Assembly (NCBI GenBank): GCA_964428435.1
Contig: CAYRYA010000004.1
Span: forward strand, 8,116 to 72,115
Direction of reading: 5' to 3'
Length of the DNA stretch: 64,000 nucleotides
Origin: an uncultured Candidatus Saccharibacteria bacterium
GTDB lineage: Bacteria; Patescibacteriota; Minisyncoccia; Phycocordibacterales; DATDWN01
In this document: piece after piece, positions 8,686-18,325 of the stretch
How the letters are laid out: each line of letters starts with the position of its first letter
Numbering within the stretch: position 1 is the first letter of the stretch
Notes under the pieces: model-generated
What the model was told of the DNA's origin: nothing
The model's input: only the letters and a program-made list of their open reading frames with translations
Database searches by the model: none
Made by a program: the position numbers and the translations under genes

Positions 8686-10053
8686 TTAACAATCCAGAAT
8701 ATAAGGTTTACCTCTTTTTGGATACAAAGCATCTACATCAAGATAGTCCCTCAAACGCTGCACAAGAAAAAGCGACGCTTTTGGCTCCCCCATCACTACA
8801 AATACCTTCTTTACCGTCTCTGCAGTATCAGCAATCATATCAAGTAAATGTTCTCCATCTTTATGAGATGAGTACCCGGTAATCATTTCAATACGCGCAC
8901 GGACAGGAATTTTTACATTTTGAATCATGAGTTCTTTTGGAGCTTCTTGAATGCTTCGTCCGAGCGTGCCCACTGCCTGATACCCCATGAGGAGGATTGT
9001 ACTTTTTGGATCTGGCAAATAATTCATTTCATGGTATACAACCCTGCCTCCCGATGACATCCCTGAACCTGCAATAATAATTTTCGGACTTGGTTCTTCA
9101 AGTAAAGATTTCGATTCTTTTCCATCCCGCACAATACGCAGTTTTGGAAAATTAAAAATATCATCTCCACCTTTAATTTCTTTTTGTACTCCTTGATTAA
9201 AATATTTAACCGTATGTTTATATATATCAGTTACTTTAAGTGCAAGTGGAGAATCCAAGAAAACTGGCACTGAAGGAATCTGTTTTTCTTCTACTAAGTT
9301 GTTGATTTCATACAAAATAACCTGAGTACGCTCAAGTGAAAACGCAGGTATAACAATCGTTCCGCCACGAGCAACACCTTCTATAAGAACACGTTTAAAC
9401 TTTGCATCACGTTCCTCTTTTGATTCATGATTTCTATCACCATACACACTATCCATAATAACGTAATCAGCATCTGTAATTTTTTCTGTATCTCGCAAAA
9501 TTGGTGTTGGAGAATTACCTGAATCTCCTGTAAAGACAATTTTTTTAGTACCATATGTAAATTCAAACATCGAAGATCCTAAAATATGTCCTGCATCTTT
9601 CAGGAATACAGAAAATTCATCATTTATTTTTGTATGAGTATGATACGGAATGGTGCGCCAATGAGAGAGTGCTTTATCTAGATCATCTTGTTCATAAAGT
9701 GGAGCAATCTGTTTTTCCCGTTTATTTTGCTCCATAATCTTCAACGCATCAGTGAGCATTACTCGAGCAATTTCTTTAGTTTCTGGTGTAGAAAACAATG
9801 AACCAGTAAACCCGTCACGAAAAAGTTTAGGTATTTTACCGATATGGTCCATATGTGCATGTGTAATAAAACCATAATCTATCTCCCCAAGATTATATGG
9901 AAAGTCAGCTGTATTCTCCTGATCTGCTTCGGGCACACCCTGAAGAAGACCGCAGTCAACAATGAATGCAGAATACTCACCTCTTACCAAGAAGTTTGCA
10001 CCTGTAACCGCACCAACGCCTCCCCAAAATGTAATTTCAAGTTTCTTAGACAT
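8686..10053 (-). CDS. MBL-fold beta-CASP ribonuclease
   Basis: THAHMDHIG, AGHILGS, FTGD, SVYGDR, SSHKD motifs. Confidence 0.9.
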   Translation of the reverse strand: MSKKLEITFWGGVGAVTGANFLVRGEYSAFIVDCGLLQGVPEADQENTADFPYNLGEIDYGFITHAHMDHIGKIPKLFRDGFTGSLFSTPETKEIARVMLTDALKIMEQNKREKQIAPLYEQDDLDKALSHWRTIPYHTHTKINDEFSVFLKDAGHILGSSMFEFTYGTKKIVFTGDSGNSPTPILRDTEKITDADYVIMDSVYGDRNHESKEERDAKFKRVLIEGVARGGTIVIPAFSLERTQVILYEINNLVEEKQIPSVPVFLDSPLALKVTDIYKHTVKYFNQGVQKEIKGGDDIFNFPKLRIVRDGKESKSLLEEPSPKIIIAGSGMSSGGRVVYHEMNYLPDPKSTILLMGYQAVGTLGRSIQEAPKELMIQNVKIPVRARIEMITGYSSHKDGEHLLDMIADTAETVKKVFVVMGEPKASLFLVQRLRDYLDVDALYPKRGKPYILDC

Positions 10054-10438
10054 TCTTCTTCTCTATTTTATGTACATACACAATACCAAGCACTGCACCA
10101 AGTGTATCCATAACAATATCCATGCCTGTATCCCCCCAATATTCGAACGATGCAAGATTGGTCACTCCAATAATTAATTCAAAATATTCCCATACGAGAC
10201 CAACAAGTACGGTAAACACAACTCCGAGCATAAGTTTTTCTATGTATGACAGTGTTGATTTAAAGAGTGATAATACCCAAAAGAAAAAGAGTACTACAAA
10301 TAGTCCTCCAAGAAAATGCATTACCATATCAAACCAAATCACAGTCCAAAAGAGATAGAGCTTGTACGCAATCGCATTCAACGCTCCAACAATAAAAAGA
10401 ACCCAAAACATCGCTCGAAAGAGTGTACTTTTTTGCAT
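10046..10438 (-). CDS. Small integral membrane protein (VanZ/DUF2238-like)
   Basis: WFDMVMHFLGG, WEYFE, DTGMDIVMDTLG; start moved to MQKS. Confidence 0.7.
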   Translation of the reverse strand: MQKSTLFRAMFWVLFIVGALNAIAYKLYLFWTVIWFDMVMHFLGGLFVVLFFFWVLSLFKSTLSYIEKLMLGVVFTVLVGLVWEYFELIIGVTNLASFEYWGDTGMDIVMDTLGAVLGIVYVHKIEKKNV

Positions 10439-10548
10439 ATCAATAATAATACCGCGACAGCCGACAAATTCAAAACACCAATACCTTTTTGCAATCCAAC
10501 ACAAAAGCAACCCTATAAAAAAATCCCACACAGCAGCGTGAGATTTTT

Positions 10549-10690
10549 TATAGGGTCGCGGTATACTTCCTAAGTTAAAAACTTAGGTGGGTGCCCGCAC
10601 AATGAAACGTTGCGACTTGCGTCCCGTGGTCACATTAAATATAAGGCTCCCTGAAAAATGGTTAGCTAGAAAATATACAGCAACCCTATA
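10549..10690 (-). ncRNA. ssrS: Probable 6S RNA
   Basis: Terminal stem TATAGGGTTGC/GCGACCCTATA; internal CAGGGAGC and GGGCACCCACC motifs; TTGTCA...TATAAT promoter upstream; hairpin plus U-tract downstream. Confidence 0.65.
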
Positions 10691-10728
10691 CGCATTATAC
10701 TCTTCTCAAAAACTCTGACAACTTGCAT

Positions 10729-11334
10729 TTATTCCAGAATACCGTCTAAGTTTACGTCGTACAAAATCTCGTCCTGAACCAATCTATATGAGAGTATTTC
10801 TTCCGGTTTAAACCATAGTGCGATCTCCTTCTCTGCTTCATCCACTGTTCCTGATGCATGCACCAAGTTTCGCACTGAGCGACTGTCGGTGTCTGAAAGC
10901 TCATATGAGTCGAGGACAAAGTCTCCTCGAATCGTTCCAATATCAGAAGAAAGTGGCTCTGTCCCTCCGGTAATCTTTCGCACAATAGCTACTGCATGTG
11001 CTCCTTGCCATACGAGAGCTACTACAGGACCTGATGACATGTACTCCTTGAGTCTTCCGAGAATCTTTTGACTTGCTTCAATAGGATCTTCTGTTGGTGG
11101 AGTCAGTCCTTTACTGTGATAACTTTTAATCGTTTTCTCTCCCGCTTTTCGTTTCCATTCTGGATCAACAGTATAATGCTTTTCAACCATCTCTTCAGTT
11201 GGAATGAGCATTTTTGAACCTACCAGCTTCAGTCCGATTCGCTCGTACCGCTTGATAAGCTCCCCTATCAAACTTCGCTGTACTCCATCGGGTTTTATTA
11301 TCACCAACGTCTTCTCTTGTTTTGGATGTATCAT
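10729..11334 (-). CDS. ndk: Nucleoside-diphosphate kinase
   Basis: TLVIIKPDGVQR, GTIRGDF, NLVHAS. Confidence 0.96.
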   Translation of the reverse strand: MIHPKQEKTLVIIKPDGVQRSLIGELIKRYERIGLKLVGSKMLIPTEEMVEKHYTVDPEWKRKAGEKTIKSYHSKGLTPPTEDPIEASQKILGRLKEYMSSGPVVALVWQGAHAVAIVRKITGGTEPLSSDIGTIRGDFVLDSYELSDTDSRSVRNLVHASGTVDEAEKEIALWFKPEEILSYRLVQDEILYDVNLDGILE

Positions 11335-11381
11335 ATAGATTAAGGATTAGGGATTAATGATAAAGGAATAATGCGAGAAAA

Positions 11382-12149
11382 CTAACAAGTGAGAATTATC
11401 GGATCACCTTCGGTGATGGCGACTGTATGCTCCGCATGAGCCGCGATAGACTTATCTTTTGTTTTGTAAGTGTACCCGTCTTTTGCAAGCACTATTTTGT
11501 CCCCTCCGAGGGTAAGCATAGGCTCGATTGCTATTACCATACCAGGCACCAACTTCTCGCCCTGTCCTTTGTATCCTTCATTGGGCACATATGGATCTTC
11601 GTGTACCGCATAGCCCACCCCGTGGCCTGCCAGGCTCTCTGGAAGACCATACCCGAGTGAACGTGCAAATGAACCGATTGCATAGCTTATATCGCCAATA
11701 TGAGCCCCTCCGCGAGCCTCTTTGATACCTCGAGCAAGTGCCTCCTCTGTGTGAGCAATAAGCTTACGCTCTCGATCACCCGCTTCTCCCACGGCTACTG
11801 TGATAGCACTGTCAGTAATGAGACCTTTATGCGTGAGCCCGAGATCAAGTGTAACCACATCACCTTCCTTCAGAGTTTGTACATCTTCATTAGGAATACC
11901 GTGCACAATCTCATCATTAATAGATACACAGAGTGCTGCAGGATATGCCCGCTTAGCACCTCGTGGAGTATAGTGCAAAAATGCCCCTTTGTCTCCCCCT
12001 TCTTCGATGAGCTCTCGAGCCTTATCTTCGAGCTCTTGAGTACTTACCCCAGGTGCAACCATTTTTTTGAGTTCACGCAAAATATATGCATGGCGTGCAC
12101 CACCCTCTTTCATAATCTCTATTTCTTCTGGTTTTTTGATTCGAATCAT
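11382..12149 (-). CDS. map: Methionine aminopeptidase type I
   Basis: SINDEIVHGIP, DSA, GHGVG, HEDP, AIEPM, HAEHT; start moved to MIRIK because the upstream extension is repeat DNA. Confidence 0.95.
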   Translation of the reverse strand: MIRIKKPEEIEIMKEGGARHAYILRELKKMVAPGVSTQELEDKARELIEEGGDKGAFLHYTPRGAKRAYPAALCVSINDEIVHGIPNEDVQTLKEGDVVTLDLGLTHKGLITDSAITVAVGEAGDRERKLIAHTEEALARGIKEARGGAHIGDISYAIGSFARSLGYGLPESLAGHGVGYAVHEDPYVPNEGYKGQGEKLVPGMVIAIEPMLTLGGDKIVLAKDGYTYKTKDKSIAAHAEHTVAITEGDPIILTC

Positions 12150-12250
12150 ATATTCATATACGAATATACGAATTGGATACTTACGAATGGATGCGAATGA
12201 ATTTATTCGTAACAATTCGTAGATGTGTATTATTCGTTAATTCGTATGTT
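12150..12250. repeat. Family B palindromic element (TACGAA/TTCGTA units)
   Basis: tacgaatatacgaattggatacttacgaat...ttcgtaacaattcgtag...ttcgtatg; overlaps the adk 3' end. Confidence 0.8.
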
Positions 12251-12832
12251 TAATTTATCCATTATCTCCTTATTCACCTCTTCAATCGTCTGCTCTCCGT
12301 TAATATCAAGCACTGTGTATCCCGGATTATCTCTAAAATACTCGATTGCTGAAACCACTTCTGTATCAAACCACTCTAACCTTTTTTTGATTTCTGACAA
12401 CTCATCATCAGACCGTCCTCGCTCAAGAGCTCGCGCCATGGACCACTCATTTGATGTGTTAATAATAATCACCACAACATTTTTTCGTTTGTAAAACTGT
12501 AATGCAGTATCGAGAATTGGTGATTCGTACCGACGACGACAGAGGCCGTCAAACACCAAATGCTCATCTCCTGTAAAATTCTCTACAAGAAAGCTCGTCC
12601 AGAGCCATACAGGCATAAACGGAGGCATCAGTCCTCCTGTCTCCATCACTTCTTTTGTGAGTCGAGCTGAATGGTTATCTTGGACAATAAAATCACGAAG
12701 CTTTTGCCCAGTCTCAAGATAGAGGCATTTACGACCCTCATCGTGAGTTTTTAAATACTCCATAAGAAGCTGTGCTTGTGTACCCTTTCCTGAACCCGCT
12801 CTTCCAAACAATACTATGGTTTGTGGTGTCAT
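12230..12832 (-). CDS. adk: Adenylate kinase family nucleoside monophosphate kinase
   Basis: P-loop GRAGSGKGTQ, FDG..R, RGRSDD; secY-adk-map order. Confidence 0.9.
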   Translation of the reverse strand: MTPQTIVLFGRAGSGKGTQAQLLMEYLKTHDEGRKCLYLETGQKLRDFIVQDNHSARLTKEVMETGGLMPPFMPVWLWTSFLVENFTGDEHLVFDGLCRRRYESPILDTALQFYKRKNVVVIIINTSNEWSMARALERGRSDDELSEIKKRLEWFDTEVVSAIEYFRDNPGYTVLDINGEQTIEEVNKEIMDKLNIRINE

Positions 12833-12883
12833 GGCTATAGTATAGTCGAAAGTCCATAAAGTCGAAAGCCCATAAAGCTAAAT

Positions 12884-12918
12884 ACACAAAATCCCCTATT
12901 TCTAGGGGATTTTGTGTT
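12884..12918 (-). terminator. Terminator after secY
   Basis: ACACAAAATCCCCTA-ttt-CTAGGGGATTTTGTGT-type inverted repeat. Confidence 0.7.
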
Positions 12919-12947
12919 TTGAGAAACTTTATTTAACCACGGACTTG

Positions 12948-13068
12948 AGTCGTTCAGATTTGAGGGTAGTTCTAGGCGGAAAGTGAAAAATATTTGTAGA
13001 CGTACTCGTTGTACGATGGAAAATATTTTTTGCTTTCCAACAACGAAATACCCCAAATGTGGACGACT
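12948..13068 (+). repeat. Family E nested hairpin element
   Basis: AGGCGGAAAG...TTGTAGACGTAC-tcgtt-GTACGATGGAAAAT...CAACAACG; abuts the secY stop. Confidence 0.65.
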
Positions 13069-14338
13069 AGTACTCGCGAATAGAGACTTGGGCGTCGATT
13101 TTTTTGATCAGATCGATAACTACAGAAACCGCAATCAAGAGTGCCGTACCCCCCACTGAAATAGCAGTGATACCAGTCACACCTCGAATAATAAGCGGAA
13201 GAACTGCGATCACCCCGAGGAAGAGCGCACCGACAAGAGTCAGTCGTGTGAGTGTTTTTGCAATATGATCAGAGGTAGGGCTACCTGGACGTACACCGGG
13301 AATAAATGCTCCGTTTTTCTGAAGATTTTTTGAGATCTGATCTGGATCAAAGGTTACTGCTGTATAGAAGTATGTGAAGATAAACACAAGGAAGAAATAT
13401 GCGATTGCATACACCCATGAGTTTGAGATAAATGTATTCATTGCAGTTGCTACATTTTTAATTGCAGGATAATCAACATTTGCAAGGAATTGAGATATGA
13501 TTTGCGGGAACAACAATATTGCTGATCCGAAGATAATTGGCATAACACCAGCCTGGTTCATACGTAATGGAAGATAGGTAGATGTACCACCGTACACTTT
13601 CATGCCTCGTACTTGTTTTGCATATGTCACAGGAATTGGTCGTTCTGCCTCAGTGACCACTACAACAAGAACCACTACAACAAGAGCGATAATTGCAAAG
13701 AGTGCGTAGAGTGGAAGTTGCGCTGGATCAAATACGTATATAAGTTGAGAGAGAGCCATTGGAAGCTGAGATACGATACCTGCAAAAATAATCAATGACA
13801 CACCATTTCCAATACCATATTCAGTGATCAATTCACCAATCCACATCAACAACATTGAACCTGCAGTAATAACCGCAAGATTAACCATCAAGTCAAATGA
13901 TAACATTGATGCAATAACATTTTGAGACTCAAGAAGTTTAATCAAACTAAATCCTTGGATAAGTGCAAAAGGTATTGCAAGCATACGTCCATACTGAGCA
14001 AACTTTCGACGACCAGCATCCCCTTCTTCCTGATACATTTCTTTCAGACGTGAAGACATAACTGTGAGCAACTGCATAATAATAGATCCTGTGATATATG
14101 GACCAACACCAAGCATTACAATAGAAAGCTGTGAAAGACCACCTCCAGAGAACAAGTTAAGGAGTCCGAGAAATTCACTATTTGCAAACAAAGAAGCAAG
14201 TGCAGATTCATCTACACCAGGAATAGGGATGATAGCAAGAAAACGAAACACAACAAGTGCCCCAAGTGTAAACAAAATTCGTGTACGAAGTGCCTTGTCT
14301 TGTAATACGAGCCCGAATTTATAGAAAAAGTTTTTCAT
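13067..14338 (-). CDS. secY: Preprotein translocase subunit SecY
   Basis: IPIPG, LGVGPYITGSIIMQLL, GIGNGVSLII, FIPGVRPG, GGTALLI. Confidence 0.98.
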   Translation of the reverse strand: MKNFFYKFGLVLQDKALRTRILFTLGALVVFRFLAIIPIPGVDESALASLFANSEFLGLLNLFSGGGLSQLSIVMLGVGPYITGSIIMQLLTVMSSRLKEMYQEEGDAGRRKFAQYGRMLAIPFALIQGFSLIKLLESQNVIASMLSFDLMVNLAVITAGSMLLMWIGELITEYGIGNGVSLIIFAGIVSQLPMALSQLIYVFDPAQLPLYALFAIIALVVVVLVVVVTEAERPIPVTYAKQVRGMKVYGGTSTYLPLRMNQAGVMPIIFGSAILLFPQIISQFLANVDYPAIKNVATAMNTFISNSWVYAIAYFFLVFIFTYFYTAVTFDPDQISKNLQKNGAFIPGVRPGSPTSDHIAKTLTRLTLVGALFLGVIAVLPLIIRGVTGITAISVGGTALLIAVSVVIDLIKKIDAQVSIREY

Positions 14339-14339
14339 G

Positions 14340-14462
14340 AAATTAATATACGAATATGCGAATATGCGAATTATGCGAATCTACGAATTAATACGAATGA
14401 ATGCTTTTGAATTTGTCTTATTCGTGGCAATTCGTAAGTTTTTCATTCGTATATTCGTATGT
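14340..14462. repeat. Family B palindromic element
   Basis: tacgaatatgcgaatatgcgaattatgcgaat...ttcgtatattcgtatg. Confidence 0.8.
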
Positions 14463-14903
14463 CTATACTACCACTTTACCACCAATTGCCTCAATTTTGG
14501 CCTTAGCAGAAAGAGAGAGTGCGCATCCAGACACAGTAACTTTTTTAGTTATCTCACCAGTTGAAAGAATTTTTACCAAAGGTTTTTTACCGTACACTGT
14601 TGTAATTACCCCTTTTGCAACGAGAGTTGCTGGAGTTACTTTATCTCCATTTGAAAATGCATTAGAAATAGAACCAAGTGTAACTGGAACATATGCGTTC
14701 TGGATTGATGTGTTGATATTTACACCTCGTCCTCGAAGTTTAGGAACTCGTTTAATAAAATCTCGAAGTTCTGGTCTCTTTTTGTGACCTGCTCGAGCAT
14801 TCTGTCCTTTTGTTCCACGACCAGCCGTTTTAGCCTTCACCCCTCCTCGGCCGATTTGTCGTGACTTCTTATTTTTATGTGTTCGTTTAAGTGTATGTAA
14901 CAT
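14463..14903 (-). CDS. rplO: 50S ribosomal protein L15
   Basis: GRGG..KTAGRGTKGQNARAG, VKIL..G, SAKAKIEAIGG. Confidence 0.95.
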   Translation of the reverse strand: MLHTLKRTHKNKKSRQIGRGGVKAKTAGRGTKGQNARAGHKKRPELRDFIKRVPKLRGRGVNINTSIQNAYVPVTLGSISNAFSNGDKVTPATLVAKGVITTVYGKKPLVKILSTGEITKKVTVSGCALSLSAKAKIEAIGGKVVV

Positions 14904-14912
14904 GGTAGTGTA

Positions 14913-15464
14913 TTATTTTGCTCGAAGTTGTGACAATGCCTTAATCGCAGCCTTTGCATTGTTTACTTTATTTTTACTTCGTGAAAAAAGTTTTGAACCA
15001 ACTTCTTTTACTCCCGCAAGCTCAAGTACTGTACGTACAGATGAACCTGCAAGAATTCCCTTTCCCGGTGCTCGCATGATAGACACCTGTGATCCAGAAA
15101 ACTTTGCAAACACCTCATGAGGAATTGAGTGATTCTTTGTAAGAGGAATCTTGATCATATTTTTCTTTGCATCACGTGCAGCTTTGTCGATTGCAAGTGG
15201 AGTATCAGTTGCTTTTCCTTGTCCTACTCCTACCTTACCTTTTCGATCACCTACAACAACAGCAACAGAAAAACTGAAACGTCGTCCTCCAGTTACCACT
15301 CGAGTTACACGTCGAATACTGATGATTTTTTGATCAAATTCTGGTTTTACCCGAGGCTCTCGAGAATCTCTTCGATCACGATTTGGTTTTCGTGCGCCTC
15401 GCTTATCTTTTGATGCATCAGCTACTGGAGCAGTCTGCGTATGTGATTTAATTTCTTCTGTCAT
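14913..15464 (-). CDS. rpsE: 30S ribosomal protein S5
   Basis: RVTRVVTGGRRFSF, GKVGVGQGKA. Confidence 0.97.
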   Translation of the reverse strand: MTEEIKSHTQTAPVADASKDKRGARKPNRDRRDSREPRVKPEFDQKIISIRRVTRVVTGGRRFSFSVAVVVGDRKGKVGVGQGKATDTPLAIDKAARDAKKNMIKIPLTKNHSIPHEVFAKFSGSQVSIMRAPGKGILAGSSVRTVLELAGVKEVGSKLFSRSKNKVNNAKAAIKALSQLRAK

Positions 15465-15475
15465 ACAAATGTATA

Positions 15476-15826
15476 TTAAAATATTAGTCCACCTTCACGA
15501 GCACCTTCTGCAACAGCTTTAATATTTCCTGTGTAGATAAAACCTCCTCGGTCAAACACAACAGTCTCAATATTTTTTGCTTTTGCTTTTGTAGCAATCT
15601 CACGACCAATAGCAAACGCCTTCTCAGAAAGAGTTTTACCTTTTACTGTTTTTGTGTGTGCAGAAACAAGCGTCATTCCTTTTGAATCGTCAATAAGCTG
15701 TGCTGTCACATGCTGATTTGACTTAAATACTGCCAATCGAGGACGAGCTTCTGTACCAGAAACTTTCGCTCTGATTCTGAGCTTTCGTCTGATTCGCTGT
15801 GTAGTTTTTGAAATATTTTTATTCAT
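15476..15826 (-). CDS. rplR: 50S ribosomal protein L18
   Basis: [24 protein letters not shown]. Confidence 0.97.
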   Translation of the reverse strand: MNKNISKTTQRIRRKLRIRAKVSGTEARPRLAVFKSNQHVTAQLIDDSKGMTLVSAHTKTVKGKTLSEKAFAIGREIATKAKAKNIETVVFDRGGFIYTGNIKAVAEGAREGGLIF

Positions 15827-15837
15827 AAAAATTTTTA

Positions 15838-15922
15838 GATTAATGATTTTGGATTTTTGATTAATGAATGGGATTTTTCTTATTCTTTAATCTTTAATCT
15901 TTAATCTTGCTTCCTTAATCTT
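15838..15922. repeat. Family A palindromic element
   Basis: Core GATTAATGAATGGGATTTTTCTTATTCTTTAATC with flanking 7-nt units. Confidence 0.85.
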
Positions 15923-15927
15923 GACCT

Positions 15928-16461
15928 TTACGCGGATTTCTTACCTTGCTTACGCTTGATCACTTCACCTTCATATCGAAGACCTTTACCTTTGTATGGC
16001 TCTGGTTTTTTCCAATCTCGAACCATTGCAGCAAATGCTCCCACCTCTTCTGTGTTTATTCCAGAAATAGTAATAACATTTTTCTCAGCTGTCACTTTTA
16101 GAGACGCAGGAATATCAATATGTACTGGATGTGAAAACCCAAGAGCAAGTACAAGCTGTGTACCTTTTACTTCAGATTTGTATCCGATACCTTCTAGAAT
16201 AAGTTTTTTAACAAATGGTGTATGCACACCTTTGATCATATTGGTAATATGTGACCCATATGTTCCCCACAATGCTCTATTTGCAATTGTTTCTTTTAAT
16301 GGTGCAAGAGTGATTGTTTCTGGAGTAATAGTAAGTGCAACCTGATCAGAAAAGTGTTTTGACAATGTACCCTGAGGACCTTTTACAGTGAAAAGACCTG
16401 AAGTAAATGTAACTTCTGTTCCCTTCGGTATGGTAATTATTTTTTTTCCTATACGTGACAT
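15928..16461 (-). CDS. rplF: 50S ribosomal protein L6
   Basis: MSRIGKK, LGFSHP, PEPYKGKG. Confidence 0.97.
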   Translation of the reverse strand: MSRIGKKIITIPKGTEVTFTSGLFTVKGPQGTLSKHFSDQVALTITPETITLAPLKETIANRALWGTYGSHITNMIKGVHTPFVKKLILEGIGYKSEVKGTQLVLALGFSHPVHIDIPASLKVTAEKNVITISGINTEEVGAFAAMVRDWKKPEPYKGKGLRYEGEVIKRKQGKKSA

Positions 16462-16469
16462 GTTTTTTT

Positions 16470-16550
16470 GGATTAATGATTTTGGATTCTTGATTAATGA
16501 ATGGGATTTCTCTTATTCTTTAATCTTTAATCCTTAATCTTGTTTCTTAC
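16470..16550. repeat. Family A palindromic element
   Basis: Near-identical to 15838..15922. Confidence 0.85.
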
Positions 16551-16551
16551 T

Positions 16552-16944
16552 CTACCAGAGTGTACATAACGCTTCTCCTCCGACCTTTTCTTTTCGAGCA
16601 ACCTCATCAGAAATCACTCCTTTTGGAGTTGATATAACCATAATACCGTAACCATTTTTTACTGGTCTGATTTCAGTTGCTTTGATATATACTCGCTTTG
16701 AACTTTTTGAAACTCGCTTTACTCCTCGAATCTTTGGTGATCCGTCTGATTCGTATGCAAGTGTTACCTCAATATACTTAATTACTTTTTTTCCTTTCTT
16801 TGTGGCACCTTTAATGAACCCTGCTTTTGCAAGTACATCAAGAATTGCCATCTTAAGTTTAGAGTACGACAACACAACAGTTTCCTTGCGGACCTGTCCT
16901 GCGTTGTATATCTCATTAATCATTGCTGCAATTGGATCTGTCAT
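16552..16944 (-). CDS. rpsH: 30S ribosomal protein S8
   Basis: MTDPIA, ISTPKGV, VGGE; start moved to MTDP. Confidence 0.95.
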   Translation of the reverse strand: MTDPIAAMINEIYNAGQVRKETVVLSYSKLKMAILDVLAKAGFIKGATKKGKKVIKYIEVTLAYESDGSPKIRGVKRVSKSSKRVYIKATEIRPVKNGYGIMVISTPKGVISDEVARKEKVGGEALCTLW

Positions 16945-16986
16945 ATTATTTCGTTGGGAGTATTTCAGGCCAAGAGGGCCCAAAAC

Positions 16987-17172
16987 TTACCACGATGATT
17001 TTTTAATTCCAGGGATTTTCCCTTCGTTGGCAAGTTCGCGGAAGCAGATACGGCAGAGATCAAAATCTCTCATATATCCATGCTTTCGACCACATCGAAA
17101 ACATCGGTTTACCTTCTTTGTAGTAAACTTAGCTTTCTTTAATGATCGTGCGATTACTGATGTTTTTGCCAT
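16987..17172 (-). CDS. rpsN: 30S ribosomal protein S14, zinc-binding type Z
   Basis: RCFRCGR...[17 protein letters not shown]. Confidence 0.96.
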   Translation of the reverse strand: MAKTSVIARSLKKAKFTTKKVNRCFRCGRKHGYMRDFDLCRICFRELANEGKIPGIKKSSW

Positions 17173-17226
17173 TGTTATTAATTTATACGAGCCTCATCCT
17201 AACAGGAAGTGCGGCCCAAGTCAAAC

Positions 17227-17799
17227 TTATTTTCTTTTAATTACCTTCACTTTTGGATACCCCTCATCCTTCTTAAATGGGAAACCAAGATGAGTAAGGA
17301 ACGCTTTTGTCTCAAGTGGGTTTGAAATATTTGTACCTACGGTTACCGCAAGTCCAAATACATCTTTAAGTTCCTCGTCTGCTGACTCAGGAAAAATAGT
17401 GTTTTCTTTAATCCCAAGAGTATAGTTACCCATTTCATCGATACCTTTTGCAGAGATACCACGGAAGTCTTTTGTTCGAGGAAGTGCAATATTTACAAGT
17501 CGTTCAAGGAAATCATACATTCGCTTCCCTCGGAGAGTAATCTGAATACCTACAGTGTCTCCTTGTCGAACCTTAAACGCAGCAACTGACTGTTTTGCGC
17601 CCTTTTTTACAGGTTTCTGTCCAGTAATATCAGCAAGTCTACTGTATGCATGCTCTATTTTTTTCTTATCTTTAAAAGATCCCACTCCAGCAGAAACAAC
17701 CACCTTTAAAATTTTTGGTGCCTGCATAGCATTTTTATACCCAAACTCCCCTTTGAGAGCTCCGTATGCTTTTTCTACTTTGTCTTTAATGTGTTCCAT
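17227..17799 (-). CDS. rplE: 50S ribosomal protein L5
   Basis: ITGQKP, TLRGKRMY, LPRTKDFRG. Confidence 0.97.
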   Translation of the reverse strand: MEHIKDKVEKAYGALKGEFGYKNAMQAPKILKVVVSAGVGSFKDKKKIEHAYSRLADITGQKPVKKGAKQSVAAFKVRQGDTVGIQITLRGKRMYDFLERLVNIALPRTKDFRGISAKGIDEMGNYTLGIKENTIFPESADEELKDVFGLAVTVGTNISNPLETKAFLTHLGFPFKKDEGYPKVKVIKRK

Positions 17800-17810
17800 G
17801 TTATTTTTTT

Positions 17811-17888
17811 GGATTAATGATTTAAGATTTTGGATTAATGAATGGGATTTTTCTTATTCTTTAATCTTTAATCCTGATTCTTTAATCT
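17811..17888. repeat. Family A palindromic element
   Basis: Same core as the other family A copies; touches the rplX TAG stop. Confidence 0.85.
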
Positions 17889-18192
17889 ATACTGTGTTTC
17901 CTGATTTCTGTGCCACTCGAACCTTTTTTCCGTCTATCACTTTCTTTGAGATTCGTGTACCTTTACCTGTCTTCGGATCTACAAGAAGGACGTTTGAGGC
18001 ATGTATAGGGAGATTTTTTTCAATAATCTGACCTTTTTCACCACCACGACGCGCTCGAACATGAGCTTTAACCACATTTACACCTGACACAAGCACTTTT
18101 CCTTCACGAGGAAGCACCCGAGCAATTGTACCTGTTTTGCCCTTATCTTTTCCTGTAATCACTATTACTTTGTCGTCTTTCTTAAGTTTCAT
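17887..18192 (-). CDS. rplX: 50S ribosomal protein L24
   Basis: KOW motif DKVIVITGKDKGKTG, PIHASNV. Confidence 0.97.
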   Translation of the reverse strand: MKLKKDDKVIVITGKDKGKTGTIARVLPREGKVLVSGVNVVKAHVRARRGGEKGQIIEKNLPIHASNVLLVDPKTGKGTRISKKVIDGKKVRVAQKSGNTV

Positions 18193-18215
18193 TTGTTTTT
18201 ATATGATTTATGCTT

Positions 18216-18325
18216 TGATACGAATATACGAATTGGAAACTTACGAATAGATTCGAATGAATGCTTTTAATTTCTTATTCGTAACCATTCGCATCATTCG
18301 TACATTCGCATATTCGTATGTTCAT
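18216..18325. repeat. Family B palindromic element
   Basis: tacgaatatacgaattggaaacttacgaat...ttcgtacattcgcatattcgtatg. Confidence 0.8.

Noticed and set aside
14903-14913. Missing rpmD (uL30)
   Set aside because: Real, but an established CPR trait; used only as a taxonomic clue.
12150-18325. CRISPR array suggested by the repeated intergenic motifs
   Set aside because: Units are 7-9 nt, degenerate and arranged as inverted arms; there is no repeat-spacer periodicity and no cas gene.
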